Assembly (NCBI GenBank): GCA_965197725.1
Contig: CBDANQ010000027.1
Span: forward strand, 1-30,516
Reading direction: 5' to 3'
Length of the DNA: 30,516 bases
From: Longimicrobiales bacterium
Lineage (GTDB): Bacteria > Gemmatimonadota > Gemmatimonadetes > Longimicrobiales > Gaopeijiaceae
Shown here: positions 21,359 to 30,516 of the stretch, in pieces
Layout: each line of letters opens with the position of its first letter
How positions within the stretch are numbered: position 1 is the stretch's first letter
Program-made: the position numbers and the translations under genes
Notes under the pieces: generated by a model
What the model was told of the DNA's origin: nothing
The model's input: only the letters and a program-made list of their open reading frames with translations
The model's database searches: none

Positions 21359-23049
21359 GTGCCAACCTCAACGCCACTCATCGGGATCCGGATCGACTCC
21401 ACGAGACGCTGAACGTGGGCAGGTGGCTCGGGGGTGAAGCGCGAAACGGTCATCGTCACGGCGAAGTTGATCAACATGCCCACCGTGCCGATCCCCTGGG
21501 GGCTGATCCCGAGCCACCAGTTGTCAGCGTTGCTGAGCTCGGGATGCATCAACGTGAACCATACGATGTAGACCCCGGTGAAGGCGATGCCCGCGATCAT
21601 GCCTAGGATGGCGCCCTCGCGAGTCGTGCGCTTCGAGAAGATACCCAGGATGATGACGGGGAAGAACGACGCCGCCGCTAGGCCAAAGGCGAATGCGACA
21701 ACCTGCGCGACATATCCAGGCGGGTTCACGCCCAGGTAGCCGGCGAACAAGACGGCGGCTCCCGCCGCTACGCGCGCCGCGAGCAACTCTCCCCGCTCGG
21801 TGATTTCAGGCATCAGCGACCGTTTCAGCAGGTCGTGACTAACGGCCGAGGACACGACCAACAACAGCCCGGCGGCCGTCGAGAGCGCGGCTGCCAGACC
21901 GCCCGCGGCTACCAGCCCGACGACCCAGTTGGGCAATCCCGAGATCTCGGGGTTCGCGAGCACCATGATGTCGTTGTCGACACTGAGCTCATTCGTCATC
22001 GGGGAGTCGGGCCCGACAAAGCGGATCAAACCGTCCCCGTCGGCGTCGTCGAAACTGAGTAGACCCGTCGCCTCCCAGTTCGTGAACCACTCGGGAACTT
22101 CCGAGTACGGCGTACCCGAAACGCTGTTGATGAGGTTGGTGCGTGCAAAAACCGCGATGGCAGGTGCGGTCGTGTAGAGCAGCGCGATGAAGATGAGCGC
22201 CCACCCGACCGAGACTCGCGCGTCGCGAACCCGGGGCACGGTGTAGAAGCGGATGATGACGTGCGGCAGGCCGGCCGTACCGACCATGAGCGCCGCAGTG
22301 ATGAACAAGACGTCCGGCATGGACTTCGTGCCCGACGTGTACTCCGCAAAGCCCAACTCTTGGTGCAGGCCGTTCAGCCGCTCCAGCAACGGCATCCCGG
22401 AGGCCTGATCGACCCCTCCCAGCCCCAGCTGCGGGATCGGGTTGCCGGTGACCATCATCGACAGGAAGATCGCCGGCACCATGTAGGCGAAGATCAACAC
22501 ACAGTACTGGGCCACCTGGGTGTAGGTGATTCCCTTCATGCCACCGAGCACGGCATAGAAGAAGACGACGGCCATGCCGATATACACGCCGGTATTTACA
22601 TCGACTTCCAGGAATCGACCGAAGACGATGCCCACGCCGCGCATTTGGCCGGACACGTAGGTGAACGAGACGAAGATCGCGCATACGACTGCGACGATGC
22701 GCGCAGTCTGCGAATAGTACCGATCTCCCACGAAGTCCGGCACGGTAAACGCCCCGAACTTGCGCAGGTAGGGCGCGAGCAGCAGCGCCAACAGTACGTA
22801 GCCGCCCGTCCAACCCATGAGATACACTGAGCCGTCGTAGCCCATGAAGGAGATCAAGCCCGCCATCGAGATGAACGACGCGGCACTCATCCAGTCGGCG
22901 GCTGTGGCCATACCGTTCGCGAGCGGAGAGACGCCCTTTCCCGCCACGTAGAAGTCCTTCGTGGATTGGGCGCGGGACCAGACCGCGACACCGATATAGA
23001 GCGTGAACGACGCCGCGACGAGCAGGAGCGTCCATTGCTGAGCGGTCAC
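21355..23049 (-). CDS. Sodium:solute symporter, cation/acetate symporter (ActP-like)
   Basis: NGMATAADWMSAASFISMAG, TVPDFVGDRY, GGMKGITYTQVAQY, GTAGLPHVIIRFYT. Confidence 0.92.
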   Translation of the reverse strand: MTAQQWTLLLVAASFTLYIGVAVWSRAQSTKDFYVAGKGVSPLANGMATAADWMSAASFISMAGLISFMGYDGSVYLMGWTGGYVLLALLLAPYLRKFGAFTVPDFVGDRYYSQTARIVAVVCAIFVSFTYVSGQMRGVGIVFGRFLEVDVNTGVYIGMAVVFFYAVLGGMKGITYTQVAQYCVLIFAYMVPAIFLSMMVTGNPIPQLGLGGVDQASGMPLLERLNGLHQELGFAEYTSGTKSMPDVLFITAALMVGTAGLPHVIIRFYTVPRVRDARVSVGWALIFIALLYTTAPAIAVFARTNLINSVSGTPYSEVPEWFTNWEATGLLSFDDADGDGLIRFVGPDSPMTNELSVDNDIMVLANPEISGLPNWVVGLVAAGGLAAALSTAAGLLLVVSSAVSHDLLKRSLMPEITERGELLAARVAAGAAVLFAGYLGVNPPGYVAQVVAFAFGLAAASFFPVIILGIFSKRTTREGAILGMIAGIAFTGVYIVWFTLMHPELSNADNWWLGISPQGIGTVGMLINFAVTMTVSRFTPEPPAHVQRLVESIRIPMSGVEVGT

Positions 23050-23363
23050 GCGCCATCCCCCTCGCGGACGTCGAACTCGGCGTCGAGCCCGTTCATGAGC
23101 TTCACGTACACGAAGATCAGGAGCACGAATACGTAGATCGAACCCTGTTGCGCGAACCAGAAGCCGAGAGGGAAAGCGGTGCCGGGCAGCGTGCTCGAGT
23201 TCAGCGGCTCGGCCAGCAGAATGCCGAATCCGTAGGACACGACGAACCAGACCACGAGGAGGATCCCGACGTAGCGGAGATTTCGCTTCCAGTATTCCGC
23301 GTGCCGGGCTCTGGTATGGGGATCCGTGACGGAGGGATGCTCGGAGGAGTCGGCCGATCTCAT
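23046..23363 (-). CDS. DUF4212 small membrane partner of the SSS transporter
   Basis: YWKRNL...LVVWFVVS...GFPLGFWFAQQGSI-type motif (AFPLGFWFAQQGSIYVF). The stop overlaps the symporter start. Confidence 0.88.
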   Translation of the reverse strand: MRSADSSEHPSVTDPHTRARHAEYWKRNLRYVGILLVVWFVVSYGFGILLAEPLNSSTLPGTAFPLGFWFAQQGSIYVFVLLIFVYVKLMNGLDAEFDVREGDGA

Positions 23364-23545
23364 GCGTCCACAGTCGCCATTAAGAGCCCCAACACGTTGT
23401 GCTTGGCGCACACGGCAATCGCAAGCAGGACCTCACTGAGGCCGACGAAGATATTCATGCTAACTCCGGCACAGGGGGTCTACCAGCACGAGGACCTCTC
23501 CCGGGAAGCCCCGAACTTCTCTAATCGCTGCGATGACTTGGGGAC

Positions 23546-24292
23546 TCACGCGCCGGCTGGCAAGGCGTCTTCGACGCTGCCGGCAAACGTCGAGAGCGCA
23601 TCCCAGTACGACGCCCCGGCAATCTCGGCTAGATCGTCGTGTCCCGCCTCCTCGACCCACAGTGACGAGCGCCGGTGCCCTGGCAGGGCCTCGAAGAGTC
23701 GCCGCCCGTGCCACGGCGCGATCACCTCGTCCCGCTGCCCATGTATGACCAACACAGGCGCAGTCACGTCATCCAGCTTCGCGAGGGTCTCGAACCGATC
23801 GACGGGCAGAAGCGGCGCGCGCGTGACGACCCGATACACCGACACGAACGAGCTCTCGATGATCAGCCCTCCGACCGGTACTCGACTTGCGAGGTCGACC
23901 ATCACTCCACCCCCGAGCGAGCGCCCGTGTGCTACGATCGCCGCCGCCTCGAGGCCCACCTGCTCGCGTAGGTATCGGTAGACAGCGTTCGCGGCGGCAT
24001 AGGTGCCTGGTTCGGTCGGCTCCCCCGTACTGAGGCCGTACCCCGGATAGTCGAAGGCGATGACCGAGACCCCCAGTTGCGCGTATTGCTCGGTGTAGCC
24101 GATGCCGTGCCCCAAGTCCTCCGCGTTTCCGTGCGCGAAGAGCACCGTGAGGGCGGCTCCGGGGGTCTCGTGGTGCAAGGCCGCGATCTCGTCCCCGGCC
24201 TCGCTCTCGAGCCGAACCAGCCCCTGCGCGCTCTCATCGTAGGACGACGACGGAGGGAAGAAGATGAGACGGTCCACGAAATCCACCATCAT
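23546..24292 (-). CDS. Alpha/beta hydrolase (ABHD17-like)
   Basis: HGNAEDLG, DYPGYG, nucleophile motif GRSLGGG, IHGQRDEVI, GHDD. Confidence 0.92.
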   Translation of the reverse strand: MMVDFVDRLIFFPPSSSYDESAQGLVRLESEAGDEIAALHHETPGAALTVLFAHGNAEDLGHGIGYTEQYAQLGVSVIAFDYPGYGLSTGEPTEPGTYAAANAVYRYLREQVGLEAAAIVAHGRSLGGGVMVDLASRVPVGGLIIESSFVSVYRVVTRAPLLPVDRFETLAKLDDVTAPVLVIHGQRDEVIAPWHGRRLFEALPGHRRSSLWVEEAGHDDLAEIAGASYWDALSTFAGSVEDALPAGA

Positions 24293-25784
24293 CAGCCGTC
24301 CTCCGTTCCATAGACAAAACGCTCCACTTCACCGTGGACGCGTTGGATGGTTTCCGCCGAGGGCTGAGTGGTGAAGACCGACACGTTCAGCGCGACAGCC
24401 GAGTTCACCAAAAGGCCCCAGAGTCCACCGTGCATGCCCAGGGGATGAGGCGACACCACCAGAGTGACATACAACGTGACGATCCCAGCCGCGATTCCCG
24501 CGACCACTCCCGCGCGGGTCAGCGTGCGGCCCCCTGGGAAACACACGCCCAGAATCGCTGGCATCAGCTGAAGCGCCCCCGCTCCCGAAATCGTGACGAG
24601 CACGACGAGGTAGTCGCCCGTACCCACCGAAAGCAGGTAGCCGACCACCAACAGGCCGACTACCATCGCGCGCCCCACGTTGATGTAGTGGCCCTGACTC
24701 TCGTTCGGCCGGATGAAGCGTTGGTACACGTCGCGCGTGAGCACCGTCATGTTCGCGTGCAGAATCGAGTCGAGCGTCGACATCGCCGCAGCGGTCGCGC
24801 CGGCGAGAATCGCGCCGGTCAGCCACGGGCTCGTGTACGCGAAGAGCAGCTCCGGGAAGATCCGGTCCGCCTGCGCGCCTTCGAGGCCGGGCATGACGAG
24901 CGCGCCGCCCAGCCCGACCATTGCGGCCGGGATGTACAGCGTCATCAGATAGATGGGCGTCGTGGCGCCGAGCAGCTTGATCGTCTTCCCGTCGACCGCG
25001 GTGTAGTACCGGATCATCATGTGCGGCTGGAACACGATGCCGAACGACAGCGTGATCGTCATCCCGATCCACATGCCCGGGGTGAAGAAGCCCTTCGGCC
25101 CAGGGAGCGAGAGCAGGTCAGGCCGCTGTTCCGAGACTGCCCGCCACAGCTCGAGCGGACCTCCGAAGAGCTCGTAGGAGAGCACGAGCGCCCCCACCCA
25201 GACCGCGATGTACATCCACATCCCTTGCAGCACGTCGGTCCAGTAGACCGCCCTGAGCCCACCGGCCATCAGGTACACCGCCGCAACGATGAGCAGGATC
25301 AGCGTACGGGCTTCGAAGCTGATCCGGTCTCCGGACGCCACGTTGATGATGTAGCCGAGCCCCTGCGCCTGGACCTGGATGTACAGGATCGTGAAGACCA
25401 CCGAGACGACAGCCACTGTGACCCGCACGGCGTCGGACTCGTAGAAGTCGGCGAGCATGTCGGCTGGCGTCATGTATCCGAACGCCTTGCCCACCGCCCA
25501 GATGCGCGTGCCGATCACGTACGTGATCGCGCCTACCAGGAGCGTCCAGGTGCCCGCCGCCCAGAACCCGGTGTGTAGAAGAAGCCGCCGGAGCCGAGAA
25601 ACGCGAACGAGGAGTGAAAGGACGCGACGACCGTCAGATAGAGCACGACGAAGCCCGCCTTCCGCCCATAGAGCAGAAAGTCCTCCATGCCCCCGGTCAT
25701 GCGACGGTTCGCGACGATGCCGAGCACGATCGTCAGGACGAGGTACAGAACGATCAGCCCGGTCGCGACGACCCAGGCCTCCAT
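24292..25784 (-). pseudogene. Sodium:solute symporter (PanF/PutP-like), frameshifted near 25570
   Basis: The N-terminus MEAWVVATG...SFAFLGSGGFFYT is in ORF 25533..25784. The remainder GFWAAG...GGLRAVYWTDVLQG...AAAMSTLDS is in ORF 24292..25920. Confidence 0.82.
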
Positions 25785-25823
25785 CAGCTAGATCCCGAGG
25801 CGGCCTTTCGCCCCACGCCGGAA

Positions 25824-26057
25824 CTAAACCCCACGGCGGAACGCCCAGATGAGCACCAAGATCAATGCACAATACACCACCAGCAGCGCGACGTAGAAGA
25901 AGGGCAGCCCGAAGATCCACGGGTCCGTGCGGTTGAGCACGGCGTGGGTCATGGGCGGCATCGCGAGCAGAAAGAGCACCAAAAACGCGATCGTGGCCCT
26001 CCGGCCATCACGAGTGCGGGGGAAGAAGTGGGATCTACACGGTCGATAGTCGTCCAT
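25824..26057 (-). CDS. Small membrane protein, DUF3311-like partner of the SSS transporter
   Basis: Two hydrophobic segments with an NRTDPWIFGLPFFY motif, directly upstream of the symporter. Confidence 0.75.
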   Translation of the reverse strand: MDDYRPCRSHFFPRTRDGRRATIAFLVLFLLAMPPMTHAVLNRTDPWIFGLPFFYVALLVVYCALILVLIWAFRRGV

Positions 26058-26120
26058 GGCGGGCGAACATTCGGGCGGCGGCCTCGCCGCTGCAAGGGCG
26101 CCTCGCCAGGGCTTGCCTGC

Positions 26121-26375
26121 CTATGGCTCGGTTACGTCGTCCTCTTGCCCATGGCGATCATCAACTGAAGTGTCAGGGGGCAGCGTGGTCTCGGGCGGCG
26201 CAGTCTCGGCAGGAGCACGCTCGGGAGGTAGCGAGGCGTCCCACTCCTCCTCGTCCGTCTCAACTTCCACCAGCTCGAAGTCGCTCTGGCCGGTGACCCG
26301 CACCACGCGGCGCCGGGCCACGATCGCGATCCCGACCAGCGCTGCCGCCGCAAGAAGGATCAGGTTCCAATGCAC
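26121..26375 (-). CDS. Hypothetical single-TM protein with an acidic, Pro-rich tail
   Basis: Hydrophobic N-terminus followed by RRR and an acidic tail; fills the gap between co-oriented genes. Confidence 0.5.
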   Translation of the reverse strand: MHWNLILLAAAALVGIAIVARRRVVRVTGQSDFELVEVETDEEEWDASLPPERAPAETAPPETTLPPDTSVDDRHGQEDDVTEP

Positions 26376-26430
26376 GACGAGCTGGCTCCCGCCCGCAGGC
26401 CTTCACTCAGGTCGCATGAGCAGAGACAGT

Positions 26431-27804
26431 TCAGGCTTGGAGTGACCGACCACGCTCGAGCAGCGTCTTCACACGGGCGCGCTCGACTTTTCCGTGCGCG
26501 TTGAGCGGCAGCTCGCTCTCGACCCACCAGAGTCGGGGGCGCTTCGCGACGCTCAGTCTCTCCAGCAGCGATTCATCGACGGCATCGAGGTCGAACTCGC
26601 CCTCTGCGGGCACGACGCACGCACCGACCACTTCGCCCCACTCGGCATCGCTCACGCCGACCACGCACGCGTCCGCGACGGCGGGATGCGCACGCAGCGC
26701 CTGCTCGACCTCGAGGGCGTCGACCGTGACGCCGCCGGAGACGATGCGGTCGATCCGCCGGCCCGTGACCCACACGTCTCCCACAGCGTCGATGTGACCG
26801 AGGTCACCTGTGTGGTACCAGCCGTCAGCGTCGGCGATGGCTTCATCGGAGCCGACATAGCCGATGGCTCGGGTTCTGCCCCGCGCGAGGATCTCCCCGC
26901 CCCCGTCGACCTCCAGTTCCACACCCTTGAGCGGCCTGCCCAAGGCGCCCGGTTTCGCCCGCACAAGATCCGGCGGCGCAGTCGCCACCTGGGAGGTCAT
27001 CTCGGTCATGCCGTACGTCAGAGCGATGGGCCACCCCGCGTCGAGTGCCCTGGTCACCAAATCGGCGGGCGCACGTGCTCCACCGATGAGCGCGCACCGA
27101 AACGAAGGCGGCGGTCCCTCGGCTCGGTGGTCGAGAAGCCGAAGAAGCTGAGTGGGAACCAGCGACACATGCGTGACGGGGCGAAGCAAGCCGCCGGAAG
27201 GACGCTCATCGTTGGAAGGCCGCAGGCCGTCGATGAGATGCGAAGCGACCTCGACGTCGAACGCGCCCGCGGCGAACACGGCGGCTCCGGTCATGAGCGC
27301 CCTCGCAACCAACGCGAGCCCCCCTACGTGAGCGATCGAGAGTGAAGCCAGCCACACGTCGTCCGCACTCGCGCCGAGCCGATCGCCGACGGCCGTAGTG
27401 CTGGCGCGCAGGTTGTCGAACGAGAGCGCCACGCCGCGCGGCGTGCCAGCAGTCCCGGAGGTCCACAGGATCACTTGTGCTCCCGTTGCCACCCCCTCTA
27501 GGGCCGTGCGCGCATCGTCGGCCTCCACACGGGTGAGCTTCGGGTTGAGCGGGGCGACCGTCGCACCGCACCGCCACGTGGCCAACAGCGCGATGATCCC
27601 GTTCACGTCGTTGCTGGCGACGACCGGTCGGATCGCCCCAGCCTCCACTCCCTCGCTCGCCAAAGCTCGTGCACGCTGGTCGACCCGACGGTTCAGCTCC
27701 TCGTACGTGCAGGAGCCTCCAGGCCACAGCAGCGCGACTCGCGCTGGGTCCACCCTTGGCCCGCGCTTCCCGGCGAGCACCCACTCGAGCAGATCGACGA
27801 CCAT
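26431..27804 (-). CDS. menE: O-succinylbenzoate-CoA ligase
   Basis: TSGTAGTPRG, HVGG, SLVPTQL, TYGMTEMTSQ, TGDLG, GRRIDRIVSGG; men cluster context. Confidence 0.85.
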   Translation of the reverse strand: MVVDLLEWVLAGKRGPRVDPARVALLWPGGSCTYEELNRRVDQRARALASEGVEAGAIRPVVASNDVNGIIALLATWRCGATVAPLNPKLTRVEADDARTALEGVATGAQVILWTSGTAGTPRGVALSFDNLRASTTAVGDRLGASADDVWLASLSIAHVGGLALVARALMTGAAVFAAGAFDVEVASHLIDGLRPSNDERPSGGLLRPVTHVSLVPTQLLRLLDHRAEGPPPSFRCALIGGARAPADLVTRALDAGWPIALTYGMTEMTSQVATAPPDLVRAKPGALGRPLKGVELEVDGGGEILARGRTRAIGYVGSDEAIADADGWYHTGDLGHIDAVGDVWVTGRRIDRIVSGGVTVDALEVEQALRAHPAVADACVVGVSDAEWGEVVGACVVPAEGEFDLDAVDESLLERLSVAKRPRLWWVESELPLNAHGKVERARVKTLLERGRSLQA

Positions 27805-28721
27805 CAGCCGACAGCGAGTCCGAGCCCGAGCAGTAGGCCGTAGACACCGACGACGCGGGCTGTCTCGCCCAGCGCCGGCAACAGTTCCACCGGGTCGGCA
27901 TGCGTCAGGACGCGTCGCACGGGCGCGAGGCAGAGCGGAGCGACGAGAAGCGCAGCGAGTGAGGCCGCAGGCCAGCCGTATACGCGCCAGCCCACAACCG
28001 GAACGATGAACGCGACGAGCAGCATCATGAGGTACTCGGCCTGCGCGCCGCGCCTGCCGAGCCGCACCGCGAGCGTGCGCTTGCCCGCTTTCGCGTCGGT
28101 CTCGATGTCACGCAGGTTGTTCGCCACCAGGATCGCGGTGTTCAGCGCGCCCAGCGACGTACCCGCGAGAAGAACATCCGGCGGCCACGACAGGCCCTGT
28201 ACGTAGTAGGTCCCGCTGACCGCGACGAGCCCGAAGAAGACGAAGACGAAGACATCGCCGAGTCCGTGGTACGCGAGCGGGAACGGTCCACCCGTGTACA
28301 GCACAGCGCACGAGAGGGAGGACAGTCCGATCCACACGATCGGCCAGCCGCCCACCCAGACTAGGTACGTGCCGACGAGCAGCGCCGCGCCGAGCACAGT
28401 CCACATGCCGCGCTTCACAGTCTCCGGCGCCAGGATCCCGGCTTGAGTGACCCTCGGCGGCCCGACACGATCCGCGGTATCCCCTCCGCGCACGAAATCA
28501 TAATAGTCGTTCGCGAAATTGGTCCCGATCTGGATCAGAGTCGCGCCGAGGAGCGCGGCGAAAGCCGGGAACAGGGCGAGCACACCGTCGTGAGTGGCCA
28601 AGGCAGTCCCGACCAGCACGGGGGCCAGCGCCGCTGTCAGGGTCTTCGGGCGAGCCGCCAGCAACCAGGCCTGCGCCCTGGTGACCTCGGGGACGGACGC
28701 CCGCCCTACCAGGGCAACCAC
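27804..28721 (-). CDS. menA: 1,4-dihydroxy-2-naphthoate polyprenyltransferase
   Basis: [56 protein letters not shown]. Confidence 0.93.
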   Translation of the reverse strand: MVALVGRASVPEVTRAQAWLLAARPKTLTAALAPVLVGTALATHDGVLALFPAFAALLGATLIQIGTNFANDYYDFVRGGDTADRVGPPRVTQAGILAPETVKRGMWTVLGAALLVGTYLVWVGGWPIVWIGLSSLSCAVLYTGGPFPLAYHGLGDVFVFVFFGLVAVSGTYYVQGLSWPPDVLLAGTSLGALNTAILVANNLRDIETDAKAGKRTLAVRLGRRGAQAEYLMMLLVAFIVPVVGWRVYGWPAASLAALLVAPLCLAPVRRVLTHADPVELLPALGETARVVGVYGLLLGLGLAVG

Positions 28722-29545
28722 GGATATTTCCGGAACTCAGGCTTTCGCTTCTCCAGGTATGCCCGCCTTCCTTCCTGCCCCTGCTCGGTCATGTAGAAGA
28801 GCAGCGTCGCGTTGCCCGCGAGCTCTTGAAGTCCAGCCTGGCCGTCGAGGTCGGCGTTGAAGGCGCTCTTGAGCAGGCGAATCGCGAGCGGACTCTTCTC
28901 CAGAATCTCCTGGGCCCACGCCCAGCCCTCGTCCTCGAGCTGTTCGAGCGGCACGACCTTGTTAACCATGCCCATCTCGTACGCCTCCGCGGCCGAGTAG
29001 CGGTGGCAGAGATACCAGATCTCGCGGGCTCGTTTCTGGCCCACCATGCGTGCGAGAAACGAGGAGCCGAAGCCCCCGTCGAACGAGCCGACGATGGGTC
29101 CTGTCTGGCCGAACACCGCGTTGTCCGCAGCCAGCGTCAGGTCGCATACGACGTGTAGCACGTGGCCGCCCCCGATCGCGTAGCCGGCAACGAGCGCGAT
29201 CACCGGCTTGGGCATCGAGCGCATGTAGCGCTGAAGCTCCAGCACGTTGAGACGGGGCACTCCGCTCTTGCCGATGTATCCGCCTTCGCCACGCACGCTC
29301 TGGTCGCCACCTGCGCAGAACGCCCACTTGCCGTCCTTCGAAGGTCCGTTGCCCGTCATCAGCACGACCCCGATCTGGGGGTCCTCGCCGGCGTCACGAA
29401 ACGCCTCCTGCATCTCGAGCAGCGTATCCGGGCGGAACGCGTTCCGCACCTCTGGCCGGTTGAACGCGATGCGCGCCACACCGTCGCACTTGTGGTAGGT
29501 GATGTCCTCGTACTGCTTGACCTCTTTCCAGTCGGGCTTGCTCAT
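28706..29545 (-). CDS. menB: 1,4-dihydroxy-2-naphthoyl-CoA synthase
   Basis: [57 protein letters not shown]. The ATG at 29545 overlaps the menD stop. Confidence 0.96.
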   Translation of the reverse strand: MSKPDWKEVKQYEDITYHKCDGVARIAFNRPEVRNAFRPDTLLEMQEAFRDAGEDPQIGVVLMTGNGPSKDGKWAFCAGGDQSVRGEGGYIGKSGVPRLNVLELQRYMRSMPKPVIALVAGYAIGGGHVLHVVCDLTLAADNAVFGQTGPIVGSFDGGFGSSFLARMVGQKRAREIWYLCHRYSAAEAYEMGMVNKVVPLEQLEDEGWAWAQEILEKSPLAIRLLKSAFNADLDGQAGLQELAGNATLLFYMTEQGQEGRRAYLEKRKPEFRKYPWLPW

Positions 29546-30516
29546 GGACGGCGTGGTGTGAGAGGAAACGTGAGCGCCTCGCGGACCGCCTCGGTCACCG
29601 CGTCGGAGACTTCCCCGTGTCGCCGCGCATTCGTCTCTCGGTCCGTCCGTACACGCACGATACACGTGCAGCCCGATTCGAGCGCAACGGTGAGCGCCGT
29701 GTCGAGCCCGTCGATCTCTCGGTCGGAGAAAACTATGTCGTGCATCTCGGCGACGTGACGGAAGTCCAGGCCGTGAGGCGTAGCAAAGTACTTCGTAAAC
29801 GCCGCCTCGTGCTCGGTGATGGGGAGCATGTGGAAGATGCCACCCCCGTCGTTGTCGATCAGGACAAACACGACCTGCGCATCGGGCTCGCGACTCCAGA
29901 GCAGGCCGTTCAGGTCGTGGAACAAGGCGACGTCACCGATCACGCACACGGTCGGCCGCCCAGTCGCCGCCGCGACACCGAACGCCGTCGAGGCGATTCC
30001 GTCGATGCCGCTCGCTCCGCGGTTGCCGAAGACGCGCACGGTCTCGTCGCGAGGAACGCCGAATGCGTCGAGGTCGCGAATGGGCATCGAGCTCGAGACG
30101 AAGAGGTTGGCTCCCTCGGGGACCGCCGCCGAGACTGTCGCAAGCACGTCTCCCTCGTGCGGCTCGCCTCGCGCCTCCTGGAGCGCCACTCGGACCGCCG
30201 ACTCCGCCGATAACCACAGATCCCGCCAGTCGTCGGCTGCGCTGGGGCCTGCGCGCTCGGCTAACGCGGCAAGCGTATCGGCCGCGTCGGCACGCACGTA
30301 GTCGGTCGCGGTGGCGCCGTGGTCCTTCCACCGCGCTCCTCCGTCGATCACGATGTGCCGCACACCGTTGTTGTGGAGCAGCCAAGCCAGCAGCGCCGTG
30401 GAGGTGGGCGACGTGCCCACGCGCAGCACAAGAGATGGAGCGAGTGCCGCGTGCACGTCGGGGTCCCGCAAGAGCAGATCGTAGCCGGCGACAACGTGCG
30501 CCCCGCGGGACGGAGC
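29542..30516 (-). CDS. menD: SEPHCHC synthase, 5'-partial (runs off the window)
   Basis: [52 protein letters not shown]. The frame is open to the window end. Confidence 0.95.
   Translation of the reverse strand, partial: APSRGAHVVAGYDLLLRDPDVHAALAPSLVLRVGTSPTSTALLAWLLHNNGVRHIVIDGGARWKDHGATATDYVRADAADTLAALAERAGPSAADDWRDLWLSAESAVRVALQEARGEPHEGDVLATVSAAVPEGANLFVSSSMPIRDLDAFGVPRDETVRVFGNRGASGIDGIASTAFGVAAATGRPTVCVIGDVALFHDLNGLLWSREPDAQVVFVLIDNDGGGIFHMLPITEHEAAFTKYFATPHGLDFRHVAEMHDIVFSDREIDGLDTALTVALESGCTCIVRVRTDRETNARRHGEVSDAVTEAVREALTFPLTPRRP

Noticed and set aside
24292..25920. 542-aa ORF as an intact symporter
   Set aside because: Its first ~115 residues are out-of-frame read-through; the true N-terminus is in ORF 25533..25784.

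Overview
High-GC bacterial chromosomal window. Gene content resembles Gemmatimonadota, which is an inference. The first ~4 kb is an IS-rich island: a degenerate DDE transposase remnant, a CBS-domain gene, and an IS110-family (IS621-like) element at 1360-3988. Both ends of the IS110 element, its CT core, its donor junction (ACAGTTG-CT-TGTAT), a promoter formed only at the circle junction, and a bridge-RNA-like donor-binding loop can be read from the sequence. A second IS (IS1182/IS5-like, 1431-2929, flanked by CTAG) sits inside the IS110 non-coding left end and splits the predicted bridge RNA. The remainder is mostly housekeeping and metabolic. It includes an ABC exporter; a long minus-strand run (hypothetical, GspG-like, CoaE-PHP fusion, DHH/NrnA, hypothetical, Fur, cardiolipin synthase, CcdA); YyaL; fused E1 alpha/beta 2-oxoacid dehydrogenase; a membrane TPR protein; an amidohydrolase; DUF4212-actP-metZ; an alpha/beta hydrolase; a frameshifted Na+:solute symporter with a DUF3311-like partner; and the menD(partial)-menB-menA-menE cluster. 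No rRNA, tRNA or CRISPR array was seen.
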